From the NCBI GenBank assembly GCA_020634015.1, contig JACKCN010000001.1:928785-992784 (forward strand): a DNA stretch of 64,000 nucleotides. The letters run 5' to 3'. Shown piece after piece: positions 1 to 10,600 of this stretch. The stretch's first letter is position 1. Each line of letters begins with the position of its first letter. The notes beneath the pieces are model-generated. The model was not told where the DNA came from. It did not search any database and was given only the letters and a program-made list of their open reading frames with translations. A program made the position numbers and the translations under genes. This DNA is from Candidatus Delongbacteria bacterium (lineage in GTDB: Bacteria; CAIWAD01).

Positions 1-1309
1 GGGTCCAGACACGCAGCTGGTAGTAGCCGCTTTCCAGATTGAAGAGTTCGAGAATCGAATTGGCCGTCCAGCCATTGCTGAACTTGTACTCGTCGAAGCT
101 CAGAACCGTCGCTTCCGTGAGCTCGACGGCCTGGCCCGAACTGGCGACCCATTCACCGTTGTCGGTGAGCGCGTCGAAATGCAGGAAGGAATCCAGCGCG
201 GCGGCATCACCCTGGAAACGCACCAGCTCGTACTTGAATTCAAGCGGAATCGTCACGAATGCCTGGTCGTCGGGGTCATCGCCGCTGATCAGGAAGCGGA
301 TGCCGTTCCAGTTGCTGAGCGCCGTGTTGTAACACGGGAGCTCCGGAAACTCTTCCTGGTTGCGGAACGTGGTTGCCGTGGGACCGTCGCCAATGAAATC
401 ATCCCAGCCGATCATGTGACGGGTGTAGTTCTCGGGCTGGCCGACACTGTTGTACCCATCCTTCTGATAGGTGATCCGGGGTGTGTTCGGCGCACGGTTG
501 CTGCGGTTGAACAGCCGGTATGCCGGCTCGCTCACCTGGCCGTCGTTGTCGATGCTCTGCACGACCAGGGCATGTTTCTGGATCCGCCCCAGCTGAGTGG
601 TGAGATTGACCACGGCCTGGGTGTTCTGGGTGTAGGTCCAATCCACACCACTCATGTCCGGGTTGGCCCGCAACTGGGACAGGAAGGTCTGCAGGGCCGC
701 GTCCGTTTCGTAGACATGATCGGTGAAACGATACTCTTCCACGAAACCATCGGGATCACTGCCCGCCCAGAAGATCATCGGCGAGAAGGAGTAGACCGGG
801 CGATAGGTGAAATCACCGGCGAGCACATAGTTGGTGTTCAGCTCCCAGTGGAAGGGGGCACCAATGGCGGGCTGGGTCAGACCCAGATACCGTCCGATGT
901 TGGTGTCCAGCTCGTAGAGCGCCGGTGAGACGGTCTGTTCCCATTCCCCGCTGGCGTCCAGCACATAGATCGAATCGATGTGCTCGATCTGCAGGTACTG
1001 ATAGTGGATCAGCTGGAAGCGCACACCCGACACGTCCTCAGCTCCGGGAGCGGGGAAGTTGGCCGGACTGGCTTCCTCGAAACCCACCAGACTGTCCGGC
1101 ATCAGGAAGGCGTAGCGGTCGATGTGGAAGTTTGTCTGCACACCATCCGCGTCGGGTTCGTTGTTGACGAAAGCGACCGTGGGGGCCGTGTTCGTACTGT
1201 AGCTGCCGTCAATCTTGCTGCAGCCCTGCCAGAACACGACAGGCAGCAGCAAGGCTCCCAGCGCCAATCCCCGAACGGGATTCAAGGGTCGTGACCCAAA
1301 GTTTTTCAT
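1..1309 (-). CDS. hypothetical exported protein (possible lipoprotein), 3' end cut by window edge
   Basis: Not in the ORF track because no stop lies in the window. Hand translation from ATG at 1309..1307 (GAGAGGA SD-like sequence upstream) reads MKNFGSRPLNPVRGLALGALLLPVVFWQGCSKIDGSY... and stays open to base 1. It starts 13 bp after the stop of the PorV-like gene. Confidence 0.6.
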   Translation of the reverse strand, partial: MKNFGSRPLNPVRGLALGALLLPVVFWQGCSKIDGSYSTNTAPTVAFVNNEPDADGVQTNFHIDRYAFLMPDSLVGFEEASPANFPAPGAEDVSGVRFQLIHYQYLQIEHIDSIYVLDASGEWEQTVSPALYELDTNIGRYLGLTQPAIGAPFHWELNTNYVLAGDFTYRPVYSFSPMIFWAGSDPDGFVEEYRFTDHVYETDAALQTFLSQLRANPDMSGVDWTYTQNTQAVVNLTTQLGRIQKHALVVQSIDNDGQVSEPAYRLFNRSNRAPNTPRITYQKDGYNSVGQPENYTRHMIGWDDFIGDGPTATTFRNQEEFPELPCYNTALSNWNGIRFLISGDDPDDQAFVTIPLEFKYELVRFQGDAAALDSFLHFDALTDNGEWVASSGQAVELTEATVLSFDEYKFSNGWTANSILELFNLESGYYQLRVWT

Positions 1310-1322
1310 TGGTGAAATCCTC

Positions 1323-2333
1323 TCAGCGCTTCAGGGACATGGTCAGCATGAACAGGTCTTCCAGGTACTTGTTCGGGGCGTAGGCCACATCGAACTGCAG
1401 TGCACCACTGCTGGTATCGAGCATGAAGCCCGTGCCCAGCGTCAACCCGTCCAGAGAAAGCAGGGGATATTCCAGATAGGGGTCCTTGCCCGCGTCCTGC
1501 TGGAAATCGTCCCAGGTATCACGGGTGATCCCGTTGATCTTCTTGCCGATGCGCATGAAGAAGCTCTGCTTGAAAGCGTACTCCAGGCCCAGGTTGATCT
1601 GCTCGACGTTGTCGGAGGGATGCCCGAATTCGAAGGCTCCCAGCAGGTAATTCTCGTCGGTTGGGGTGCCCATCAGATCCATGGACATGCCGAATTTGAA
1701 GAGGATCGGCAGGGGATCTTCCTTCTCGTTGAAGAAGGTCATGTCGGGCCCGAAGTTGGCGATGATCATGGCCACCTTCAGGGACTTCCAGCCCGTGTCG
1801 TAGTAGGTGCCCACGTCGGCGGCCCAGCCATCGGAATTGAATTCCATCGCGCTCTGGTTGACGTACTTCACGGTCAGGCCGGCGCTGAACTTGTCGGTGA
1901 GACGCTTGGCCACGGTCAGACCCAGGGCGGTATTGGTCCAGTTGAAGGTCCTGCCCGTGCCTTCGGGGGCAGCGGGTGTGGTTTCGTCCATCTGGTCGGT
2001 GTACAGGTGAGTCAGGGAGATGCCCGCGCTCAGGCCCAGGTTGTCGAAGGTACGTGCGGCACCCACCCAGTCCTGACGCGTATCAACGGGCAGTTCCACA
2101 TGGGTGAATCCCGCCGTCCAGTTCTCCACCAGGGTCAGCCCCGCCGGATTGAAGTACAGCGCGGACACATCGTTGGCGATGGGCAGCAGAGCATCGGCCA
2201 TGCCCATGCCCCGCGCGCTCACCGGCAGCTCGAGGAAAGTGGCGGTCACCGTGCCGGCTTTCACCTGGGCGAAGGCACTCTGGGACAGGGCAAGCACCGC
2301 TGTACAAAGGGCCAGGATCTGGGTCAGTCGCAT
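1323..2333 (-). CDS. PorV/PorQ-family outer-membrane beta-barrel (T9SS-associated)
   Basis: 336 aa. Signal peptide MRLTQILALCTAVLALSQSAFA. N-terminal motif ARGMGMADA...DVSALYFNPAGL is typical of PorV/PorQ/UPF0164 barrels. ATG with GGAGAC SD. Confidence 0.7.
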   Translation of the reverse strand: MRLTQILALCTAVLALSQSAFAQVKAGTVTATFLELPVSARGMGMADALLPIANDVSALYFNPAGLTLVENWTAGFTHVELPVDTRQDWVGAARTFDNLGLSAGISLTHLYTDQMDETTPAAPEGTGRTFNWTNTALGLTVAKRLTDKFSAGLTVKYVNQSAMEFNSDGWAADVGTYYDTGWKSLKVAMIIANFGPDMTFFNEKEDPLPILFKFGMSMDLMGTPTDENYLLGAFEFGHPSDNVEQINLGLEYAFKQSFFMRIGKKINGITRDTWDDFQQDAGKDPYLEYPLLSLDGLTLGTGFMLDTSSGALQFDVAYAPNKYLEDLFMLTMSLKR

Positions 2334-2353
2334 GGAAGTCTCCGTGACACGGA

Positions 2354-5300
2354 TTATTTCAGGATGACGAACTTGCCGGTGGCAATCGATCCGTCATTTC
2401 CCGGGGTCTTGTCTTCGACGCTGAAGTAATACAGCCCGCTGGCGGCCTGCTGGAAGTTGCGGTTGTTCAGGTCCCACGCTTCCGAGAAGTCAGAATTCCA
2501 GCGGCTGTGGTCCCCTTCCACATTGTGCGGCACGATCTGCACCAGGTCTCCGGAGAGACTGAAGATGCGGATCAGGCACTGGTAGGGCAGGTTCATGAAT
2601 TCGATGCGTCGGTCCTGGGCGGGCAGGTAGGCCGAGGAACCATCATCCTGGTTTTCCCAGGCGAGGCCCTGCTGGCTGTTGCCGAAGGACTGCTCGGTGG
2701 TGTAATCCTGATCGAAGCGATAGGGATTGGGCACCACGCGCACTTCGCGACTGGGCGAACCGCTGGGAGCCTGACGGATCGCGTTGCAGCTCTTGGCGGT
2801 TTCCAGCGGCTCGGTACCGGTCTGGTAGTCACCGAAGTCATAGGCCGTGACCGCATAGAAGCGCGGATACAGGCTCTGGATGCCTTCCAGCCGATAGCGG
2901 AACTCCACATGGTAGGCATCGCCCATGTTCCACACGCGATCGCGGTTGGCATCCAGGTACATGTCGCCCGTGTACACCACGTTCTCGTTGTCGGCGTTGG
3001 TGAAGCTCAGATACCCTGCCTGATTGCGGGTCAGCTCGACCGCGCTGCCATCCAGCCAGAAAGTCGTGTCGCCGGGGGCGTCGACCCAGACCGCGATGCC
3101 TTGTTCGATCCAGGCATCCTCATTGATGTCCATCAGGATTTCTTCGTCCGGTTCGCCTTCCACGTGCACGATGGCGCCAAAGCCACTGTTGTTGCCCACG
3201 GGCTGGCGTTCCCAGCCCCGCACGGGATCACGGAAAGGCTGTGCGCCCCAGGGTCCGGGATCGGGCAGGGTGCGCAGCGCCCCCGTGTTGTCGCGGTAGG
3301 CGTAGTTCACATTGTCGAATTCGGCCAGCAGGGTGTAGTCCGCTTCGAAGTTGGCGTTGCCCGCGTAGACACGGTAGCCTTCGAAATCCTGCACACGGCT
3401 GAAGGGATCGACGTAGGCCTCGGACATCGAATTGCGCTGCCAGCGCAGTTCAACCCACTTGTCACCGGTCACGACTTCCATGTCGGGGCAGGGCGGGGGC
3501 GGCGGTCCCTGGAAATCGGGAATGCCATCGCCGGCATCCAGGAAGCCGTTGTTGTTGAAGTGGCCGATGTACCAGTCTTCGCGCAGACCCTGGGAGAACT
3601 TGGGGCCGGCGTTGATCAGGAAGGAGTCCTCGACCATTTCCAGATTGCCGCGGTTGCGCAGGAATGTCCAAAGGAAATCGTCTTCGGAAACCTGTTCGCC
3701 CCAGAGCGAGGAGAAGCCTTCGTCCAGCTTGCCGTTGCCTTCCAGGCTGTCGGGCCCCTCGTAGATCGCGGGCAGGCCGCTGGGCAGGGTGACCACGCGC
3801 CCCCAGTACTTCACAGTGTCGCCGATGGCCGGGGCCCAGAGGCCGTCAAGCCCCAAGTCCTCGCCGGGCCAGCCGTCGCCCGTCTCGTAGAAGCCATCGC
3901 CGTCCAGGTCGTAGATCGGGGTGTCGTACATCTCGTTGTCGTAGACGCGCTGCGACCAGATGGCGTTGAAGTCGAAATCGGTCCAGTCGAAGACCGTGGT
4001 GTCAATGCGTGAGGTCACAGCGCCCTGGGGGTGGCTGCGGTCGTGCAGGTTCTGCCCGGCGATGTAGGCCACGGTCATCACGAAGGACTCGCCCGGATTC
4101 AGGCGATAGATGTTGTTGCCACCCGCATCGGTGTAGTCGAACACGCCCATCGGGCCCCAGGAAATCAGGTAGCGCGTGTCATCGCCGTTGGGATTCACGC
4201 CGCCGCCCACCACATCGAACTCGCGGTAGAGCAGCGTGTCCCCGGTGACCGGATCCAGCTCCACCTGAGCTGGGGGCCTCTGGCCCACGACACAGGCCGG
4301 CATGCTGGGATCGAACTCGCCGTTGGACATGACCTGATACTTGTGGATGTCGGCCTCGGGCGTGCCCAGGATCAGACTCCAGCTCATGTCGTCGCCACGG
4401 GCGTCGGGATGGTCCTGCCACCAGGTCCAGGCGGGGCCGTAATCCTGGTCGGGCGAGGCGTTGGAGTTCCACCAGTTGAAGGTGGTCTGCAGCTGGGGGT
4501 TGGGCGCGCGCAGGATGCGGGTGCCGGTCACGTCGGGACAGGTGAAGTTGGTGCCGCTGGTCTCGCTGGCCGGGCGCCCGTCGTTGTCGGCGATGTAGGC
4601 CGTGTTGATCAGGATGTGCTGATTGGACACGGTGTCGATGGCCGTGCGCCGGAAACCGCAGAAGTCATCGGAAGCGCGCCCCTGTCCGGCTTCGTCGCCG
4701 TGCCCCACATCGGCGTCGACATACAGGCCGATGTAGAGGTTCTTGAGGAACTTCGAACCGATGTTGGAGATCTTGTAGTCAATGACGATGAAGTCCTGGG
4801 CGTAGCTGTAGCTCCAGGCATGGGACTCCATCTCGACCTTGACGCCCAGCGGCACATGGTTGTTGTCCTGGGGGTCCCAGACCTGGCCGTTGGGCAGAAG
4901 GCCGAGATCGTCGATGGTGTCGGTGTAGGCCGAATAGAAGTCCTGCTCGGACACGGCCAGCGAGTCGTAGATGTTGCGGTCCAGGTAGTCCAGCGCGTTC
5001 AGGCGGGTGGTGCGCTCGCGAATCTTGAACTCCTCGCCGCAACCGGGCCAGAGTTCGTTCACGTCGCGGTCCCAGCCCTCGGAGCCGAAGGAGACACGCG
5101 GGGTCTCGATGCCGGAATCGTCCACGATCAGCGCGCCGACCCACACCGAGCCCTGGTAGAGGTACTCGACCCCGCTGCCGCCGGGATACTCGCACTGGGG
5201 CGCCTGCTCGCCGGTGACCGGATCGTCGTCGCCCGTTGCGTCGCCGTGACCGAAGGTGCCGTCGTTCTTGAAGGTCATCCACATCTTGCCCACGCGGTGC

Positions 5301-5485
5301 ACGCGCAGGTCCAGCGTGGGGCGCTCGCAGTCGGCGCTGACATTGCGTGAGACGGGCTCGTCCTTGCGGATCACGGGCTCGTAGCGGCTGTCGTCCTCCT
5401 TGGCCTGCAGCGTGACAGCCAGCAGGCCAGCGGTGGCCAGCACCAGACCCATGCGGAGAGTGTGGAAGGTGTGATGGGTTTTCAT
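2354..5485 (-). CDS. large secreted protein of unknown function with T9SS/FlgD-Ig-type C-terminal sorting domain
   Basis: 1043 aa. Signal peptide MKTHHTFHTLRMGLVLATAGLLAVTLQA. C-terminus VVPNPY...RIEFMNLPYQCLIRIFSLSGDLVQIV...ASGLYYFSVE...GKFVILK matches the T9SS type-A CTD pattern with an internal insert. No catalytic motif recognised. Confidence 0.7.
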   Translation of the reverse strand: MKTHHTFHTLRMGLVLATAGLLAVTLQAKEDDSRYEPVIRKDEPVSRNVSADCERPTLDLRVHRVGKMWMTFKNDGTFGHGDATGDDDPVTGEQAPQCEYPGGSGVEYLYQGSVWVGALIVDDSGIETPRVSFGSEGWDRDVNELWPGCGEEFKIRERTTRLNALDYLDRNIYDSLAVSEQDFYSAYTDTIDDLGLLPNGQVWDPQDNNHVPLGVKVEMESHAWSYSYAQDFIVIDYKISNIGSKFLKNLYIGLYVDADVGHGDEAGQGRASDDFCGFRRTAIDTVSNQHILINTAYIADNDGRPASETSGTNFTCPDVTGTRILRAPNPQLQTTFNWWNSNASPDQDYGPAWTWWQDHPDARGDDMSWSLILGTPEADIHKYQVMSNGEFDPSMPACVVGQRPPAQVELDPVTGDTLLYREFDVVGGGVNPNGDDTRYLISWGPMGVFDYTDAGGNNIYRLNPGESFVMTVAYIAGQNLHDRSHPQGAVTSRIDTTVFDWTDFDFNAIWSQRVYDNEMYDTPIYDLDGDGFYETGDGWPGEDLGLDGLWAPAIGDTVKYWGRVVTLPSGLPAIYEGPDSLEGNGKLDEGFSSLWGEQVSEDDFLWTFLRNRGNLEMVEDSFLINAGPKFSQGLREDWYIGHFNNNGFLDAGDGIPDFQGPPPPPCPDMEVVTGDKWVELRWQRNSMSEAYVDPFSRVQDFEGYRVYAGNANFEADYTLLAEFDNVNYAYRDNTGALRTLPDPGPWGAQPFRDPVRGWERQPVGNNSGFGAIVHVEGEPDEEILMDINEDAWIEQGIAVWVDAPGDTTFWLDGSAVELTRNQAGYLSFTNADNENVVYTGDMYLDANRDRVWNMGDAYHVEFRYRLEGIQSLYPRFYAVTAYDFGDYQTGTEPLETAKSCNAIRQAPSGSPSREVRVVPNPYRFDQDYTTEQSFGNSQQGLAWENQDDGSSAYLPAQDRRIEFMNLPYQCLIRIFSLSGDLVQIVPHNVEGDHSRWNSDFSEAWDLNNRNFQQAASGLYYFSVEDKTPGNDGSIATGKFVILK

Positions 5486-5493
5486 GGTCTCTT

Positions 5494-7611
5494 CTAGTTC
5501 TCCCCGGGATTCCAGCCGACCGACACCACACTGCCTCCGCAGTCGATGGTGCCACTGGCCGGCAGCCAGTTGCTGCCCTGCAGCTGGGGATCCTGGTTTT
5601 CGAGGTTGCAGGCGCCCACGTCCCAGTTGGAGGGGAAACTCTCATCGGCGGCACCGTTGTCGTGGAACCAGTTCTGATCGATCACAGGGTTGTTGGTATC
5701 GAAGCTGGCACCGATCTGGTTGCCCACGATGCCGGTGGCGGTGCTGCTGAGGCTGTAGTCATTGCCCACGACCATATTGTAACGGATCACGGGATTGGAC
5801 TGGCTTTCCACCTTGATGCCGCCATACCCGTTGAACAGGATGGTGTTCTGCAGGATGCTGGCGTTGGGAGTGGCCTGAACCTTGATGCCGTAGACATCGC
5901 AGTTCATGATCAGGTTGTTCTCGATCAGGGCCATCTGAGGAGTGTTGTAGATGAACACCCCGTAGAACCGACAGCCATCCAGACGATTGCCCGTGAAGGA
6001 GGCGCTGGCGCCATTGCCGGCGAACAGAGCCGAGAGACCATTGTTGGTGAAAGTGCAGTTCTCGACGGTGGCATGACTGCCGGGGCCGTGGGCCGCCACC
6101 GAGTAGTAGGTGGTGTGATCGAAATCGCAGCCGCTGACAGTCAGATCGATGTCGGCATCGAATCGGTAGAGCGTCGGGCTGCCTTCGATGTAATAGCTCT
6201 CCGTATCACGCAGTTCGATGATGCCGCCATTCTGGATGTAGTTCTGACCCGAGAATCCGGACTCGCTGCCACGGGCGAAACTGCTGTTGCTGATGGTGGC
6301 GGTGATCTGCTGGGTCGTGCCCGCCAGACTCAGGTCGTCGGTACGTGGTTTGATCAGCAAGCTGCGCCAGTCGGACAAAGAGGTTCCGGGCGTCACGGTC
6401 CAGTCGGACTCGGGGGCCAGGTCGAAGGTGGCACCGTCGATGTTGAGGTTGCCGTTGAACTCCAGGCCGTAGAAGCCGGCGAATTCCAGCCGGGCTCCCG
6501 GCGAAATGGTCACGTCCTCGGAACTGAACGCATCGCAGGTGACACGCCAGGTACCGGTGAGGGTGGAATTCTTGATCTGCTTGCGCAGTTCGTTGGCCGA
6601 GGCCTGATAGAGCACGGGCCCCACATCGGACCGCTTGGCGGAAGTCACGTCATACCCGGCCTCGATGCAGGGGCTGCAGGAGTTGAAACTCTGGAAGTCG
6701 GCGTTCAGTTCGTCGAAGAGCGCGTCATCCATGCAATTGCCCAGCACGTCCACCTTGTCGCGGTTCTCATTGCGGTAGGTGTTCTCGCCAAGCACGAAGC
6801 GGTTGTCAAGCACCACCAGGGTGTCAATGGTGTTGAGCGTGTCGGCCACATACACGCTGTCGTAGATCGTCACGCCCCACTGCAGCTCGCCCATTTCCAC
6901 CGGAAAGCGGAAGGCCAGCGAGGAATTGCGTGACACGTTGTTGCGCGCGAAGAGACTGTCGCCCTGCCAGTCCAGCAACTGGGTCGTGCCCACGTGGGTG
7001 GTGTCGAACACCACACCGGAGCCATCGTTCTCGTGCACGATGTTGGAGCGGAAGCGCGGCAGGGCGCCATGCATGAAGCTGATGCCGTTGTACTGGTTCA
7101 GGTAGATCATGCAGTGCTCGATCGTCGGACTGCTGTCGTCCACCACGATCGCGGCATTCTTGTAGGGGTCGGAGTTGTTGAACTTGGCGCCATAGGCCAC
7201 GATGGCGAACTTCAGCTCGCTGGCATCACTGCCCGGCATGAAGACCAGGCTCTGCCAGAGTCCATAATCCTCCTTGAGGATCACGGGATAGAACTTGATC
7301 GGGCTGGCGTTGGTGCCAATGGCCGTCAGGGTGCCCTCGACATACATGGAACTGTTGCGCTCGAAGAGCACTTCCACGCCCGGCTGGATCACCAGGGTCT
7401 GCCCGGCGGCCACAGCCACGGAGCTGGACACATAGTAGGGCGAGTTGGCAAGCGTCCAGGTGCCGGACACGAGACTGTCCACCACTTCGGTGCGCCAGGT
7501 TCGGAAGGTCTCGGTCACCGTACGATCGTACTGGTTGCCGTTGTTGTCGTCGCAACCCAGGCCCGCAATCAAAATCAGCAGGCCGAGCAGCCACGGTGTG
7601 TATCGCTTCAT
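5494..7611 (-). CDS. right-handed parallel beta-helix repeat protein, probable lipoprotein
   Basis: 705 aa. N-terminus MKRYTPWLLGLLILIAGLGCDDNN has a Cys after the hydrophobic stretch. Repeated NN(L/I)I.N / GI.V turns (NNLIMNCDVYGIKVQATPNASILQNTILFNGYGGIKVESQSNPVIRYNMVVGN) indicate a pectin-lyase-fold beta-helix. Confidence 0.7.
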   Translation of the reverse strand: MKRYTPWLLGLLILIAGLGCDDNNGNQYDRTVTETFRTWRTEVVDSLVSGTWTLANSPYYVSSSVAVAAGQTLVIQPGVEVLFERNSSMYVEGTLTAIGTNASPIKFYPVILKEDYGLWQSLVFMPGSDASELKFAIVAYGAKFNNSDPYKNAAIVVDDSSPTIEHCMIYLNQYNGISFMHGALPRFRSNIVHENDGSGVVFDTTHVGTTQLLDWQGDSLFARNNVSRNSSLAFRFPVEMGELQWGVTIYDSVYVADTLNTIDTLVVLDNRFVLGENTYRNENRDKVDVLGNCMDDALFDELNADFQSFNSCSPCIEAGYDVTSAKRSDVGPVLYQASANELRKQIKNSTLTGTWRVTCDAFSSEDVTISPGARLEFAGFYGLEFNGNLNIDGATFDLAPESDWTVTPGTSLSDWRSLLIKPRTDDLSLAGTTQQITATISNSSFARGSESGFSGQNYIQNGGIIELRDTESYYIEGSPTLYRFDADIDLTVSGCDFDHTTYYSVAAHGPGSHATVENCTFTNNGLSALFAGNGASASFTGNRLDGCRFYGVFIYNTPQMALIENNLIMNCDVYGIKVQATPNASILQNTILFNGYGGIKVESQSNPVIRYNMVVGNDYSLSSTATGIVGNQIGASFDTNNPVIDQNWFHDNGAADESFPSNWDVGACNLENQDPQLQGSNWLPASGTIDCGGSVVSVGWNPGEN

Positions 7612-7622
7612 CGGTGCTCCAG

Positions 7623-10600
7623 CTAGAATTTGTAACCGAACCGCAGCAGGATATTCCGACCGGGCCCGATGTTTCGCGGGTTGTTGTCGTACTCGTACTT
7701 GCCGGGGTAATACAGCACGAAGTCCGGATTCTTGGCGTGCATCGCCTGGTAGTAATTGCCCGTTTCCGCATAGTAGTTGCGCACGTTGCGGTGGTTGAAG
7801 AGGTTGGTGACTTCAATGCCCGTAACCAGGTTGTGGCTGCTGGTCTTGAAGCGCCAGTACTTCTCGAACTTGATGCGCGTCTCCTCGGTGAAGGGCATGC
7901 GACGCGAATTGCGGGCGATCAGGGCCACGTGCTCCACATCCTCAAGGTAGATCGAGGGGGTGTAGGGGCGACCGGTGGCGAAACTGCTGCTCATGCTGAA
8001 CAGCCAGTCGTCGGGCAGCCTGAAGCCAAAGAGGCTGGCATTCTCGCCCTGACCGAAGTAGAGGCTGTAATAAGCATTCAGGCTGTGGGTCTGGTCCCAG
8101 TCAAGGGGGCGCTCGTCGCGATTCACCGGATTGCCATTGAGACGATCCTCGGAGGCGGCGCGGGAACTGGAGGCTTTGCCGTAGGCAAAACTGAGCTCGT
8201 AGTTGAAACTGACCGAGTAGTTGCGTTCGGCCTTCTCGACGCTGATGTTGGCACCGCGCACGCGGCCGTAGTCGCCGTTGGTCCACTGGTCAATCGTATA
8301 CCCCGGGGCCAGCTCGATGACCGTGGAGGTGATCTGGTCGAAAATGTCGCGGTAGTAACCCTGCAGGTTCACGGTGGTGCCAATCTCGGCCCAGCGTGCT
8401 TCCACGCCGAACTGGTACTCGACCGTCTTCTCATACTTGAGGTTGGGGTTGCCCACCAGGGTGTTGTTGGCCCGTGAGCCGGTCGTGGACTGGTAGTAGT
8501 AGGTGTACTGGGGCGCCTGATAGAAGTGGCCGTAGTTGAAGTACAGCTTGGCGCTTTCGGTGATCGGGTGGCTGATGCCCAGGCGCGGGCTCAGGCGGCT
8601 GGTGCCACGCTGGGCGTGCACGGCTCCGGGATCACCGGCGTTGGCCGCTTCGTCGGATTCGTTGACCACGGATTTCTCATGCAGCAGGAAGTCCCAGCGC
8701 ATGCCCACCAGTACGTTCATGCCCTCGAAGTTCATCTGGTCACGGAAGAACAGCGCGCCTTCGGTGGGCTGGCGGTCGTAGAAGTCGCGGAAGTTTCCGC
8801 GTTCCGGATAGGGGCTGCCGATCGGCAGTGGCGAAGACCCATCGTAGAGCTTGTTGGGGCTTTCGATCGAGTTCATCTGCAGATCACGCGCCATGATCTG
8901 GGCTCCGCCCAGCACGTCGTGATACTTGTTGATCTGCCACTGGTACTCGGTTTCCAGCGACAGGGTGGTGGAGCTGCGCTCCTGCCAGATCGCCTGGCCG
9001 TCGAAATTGTTGGGGTTCAGGAAGAAGTCGTAGTAGGCTTCGAAGTTGTACTGGTACCCCCAGGGCGAATCCGGGCCGCCGCCCCAGTTGTTGCCGTCCT
9101 GCACGCCGTTGGAGTTGTAGTCCACGAAGGGCTCCCACTCATCCCAGTCCAGGTTGGGCGGGTCAAAGGTCGCGCCGATGCTCAGCGGGTCGTCGCCACG
9201 GTTCTGCCAGGTGGCACCGGTCTTGTTGGCGCTGTAGATGCTCACGCCATCGTTGTACCAGTCGCTGCCGTTGTCCTCGCCATTGTAGCTGTAGACGACC
9301 GGCATGCTGACATCGATCACGGTCTCGCGGAAATGCTCATTGGTGATCAACTCGCCGGGGGTGTGGCCCACCGTGCGCACGTCGCTTTCGCCGTGATACT
9401 GCTGGAAAGGATCCACCACGAAATCGGCGAAGCGGGTGAACAGCTCGAATTCGTCAAAGGTATTGTTGGGGCCATCGTAGATGCCGTTGAGGGTGGGCTG
9501 GGGCTGCTGATTGCGGCGTCCGCCGGCGATCCAGGTCGCGTAGGCGCCGTAGGTGCTGGGCAGGTCGAACCAGACTTCGCCCGCATCCCAGATGCCGTTG
9601 TAGACGCCCGTGATCGGGTCGGCCTCGTCAATGAAGGGCTCGCCCGTGTCCCAGAAGAAGTCGCCGTCGAGGTAGGGCTCGCCCAGATCCTCGTTGGTTT
9701 CACGCACGTCGCGGAAATTCATCCGGCCGTCGGCGTTGATGTCGTCGTAGCCTTCGGCCATGTCGAAACGGCCGTTGCCGTTCTCATCGGTGTAGTCTTC
9801 GCCCGGATCCCAGACGCCGTTTCCGTTGGCATCCACGAAGTCTTCGCTCCAGCCGTTCCAGATTCCGTCGCCGTTGACATCCTGGAAACGTTCGCCGTCC
9901 CAGATGCCATTGTGGTTGGTGTCCTGCTCGGTGGTCTGGGGCTCGGCATCGTCCCAGCGACCGTTGTGGTTCAGGTCATCGTAGATGTCCCACGGATCGA
10001 ACCAGGGATTGTCCTCGCCGTTGACCGGGTTGGGAATATTGGTCCAGGGCTCGGCCGTGTCGTACTGGCCATTGCCGTTGAGATCCACCCAGTCTTCTCC
10101 GCGGTCCCAGCGGCCATTGCGGTTCAGATCCTCGTAGCCTTCGCTGTAGATCGGGTTGCCGTGGGAGTCGTACACATAGCCGTCGTACTGACCGTTGTTG
10201 TTGGCATCCACATAACCGTCGAAGTAGCCGTTGTCGTCGTTGTCCTGGTAGCCGTTGCCCAGGAAGGCGCTCTTGTCGTCTTCGTTGGCCTGCTCCTGAG
10301 CCGGCAGCTCAAGCACGAACTGGTCGGGCGTGCGACCTCCGGGGGAGATCAGGGTCTTGGTGTTGGAGCGGTAGGCGCGCACCTCGAAGGTGGCGTTCTT
10401 GCTGGGAATGGGCGCCGTGTAGGTCAGCGAGATGTTGCTGCGGTTGTTCTCGGCGCGCGGACGATCCCGCTCGTTGTAGAGATAGGGATAGCCGTAGTTG
10501 CCGGACACGGGGCCTTCGCCTTCGGGGTAGAGGTCCCAGCGGCGATAGAAGCGCTCGCCGTAGATCTTGAGGCGATGGGTGTCGGTCACCGGAATGGAAA

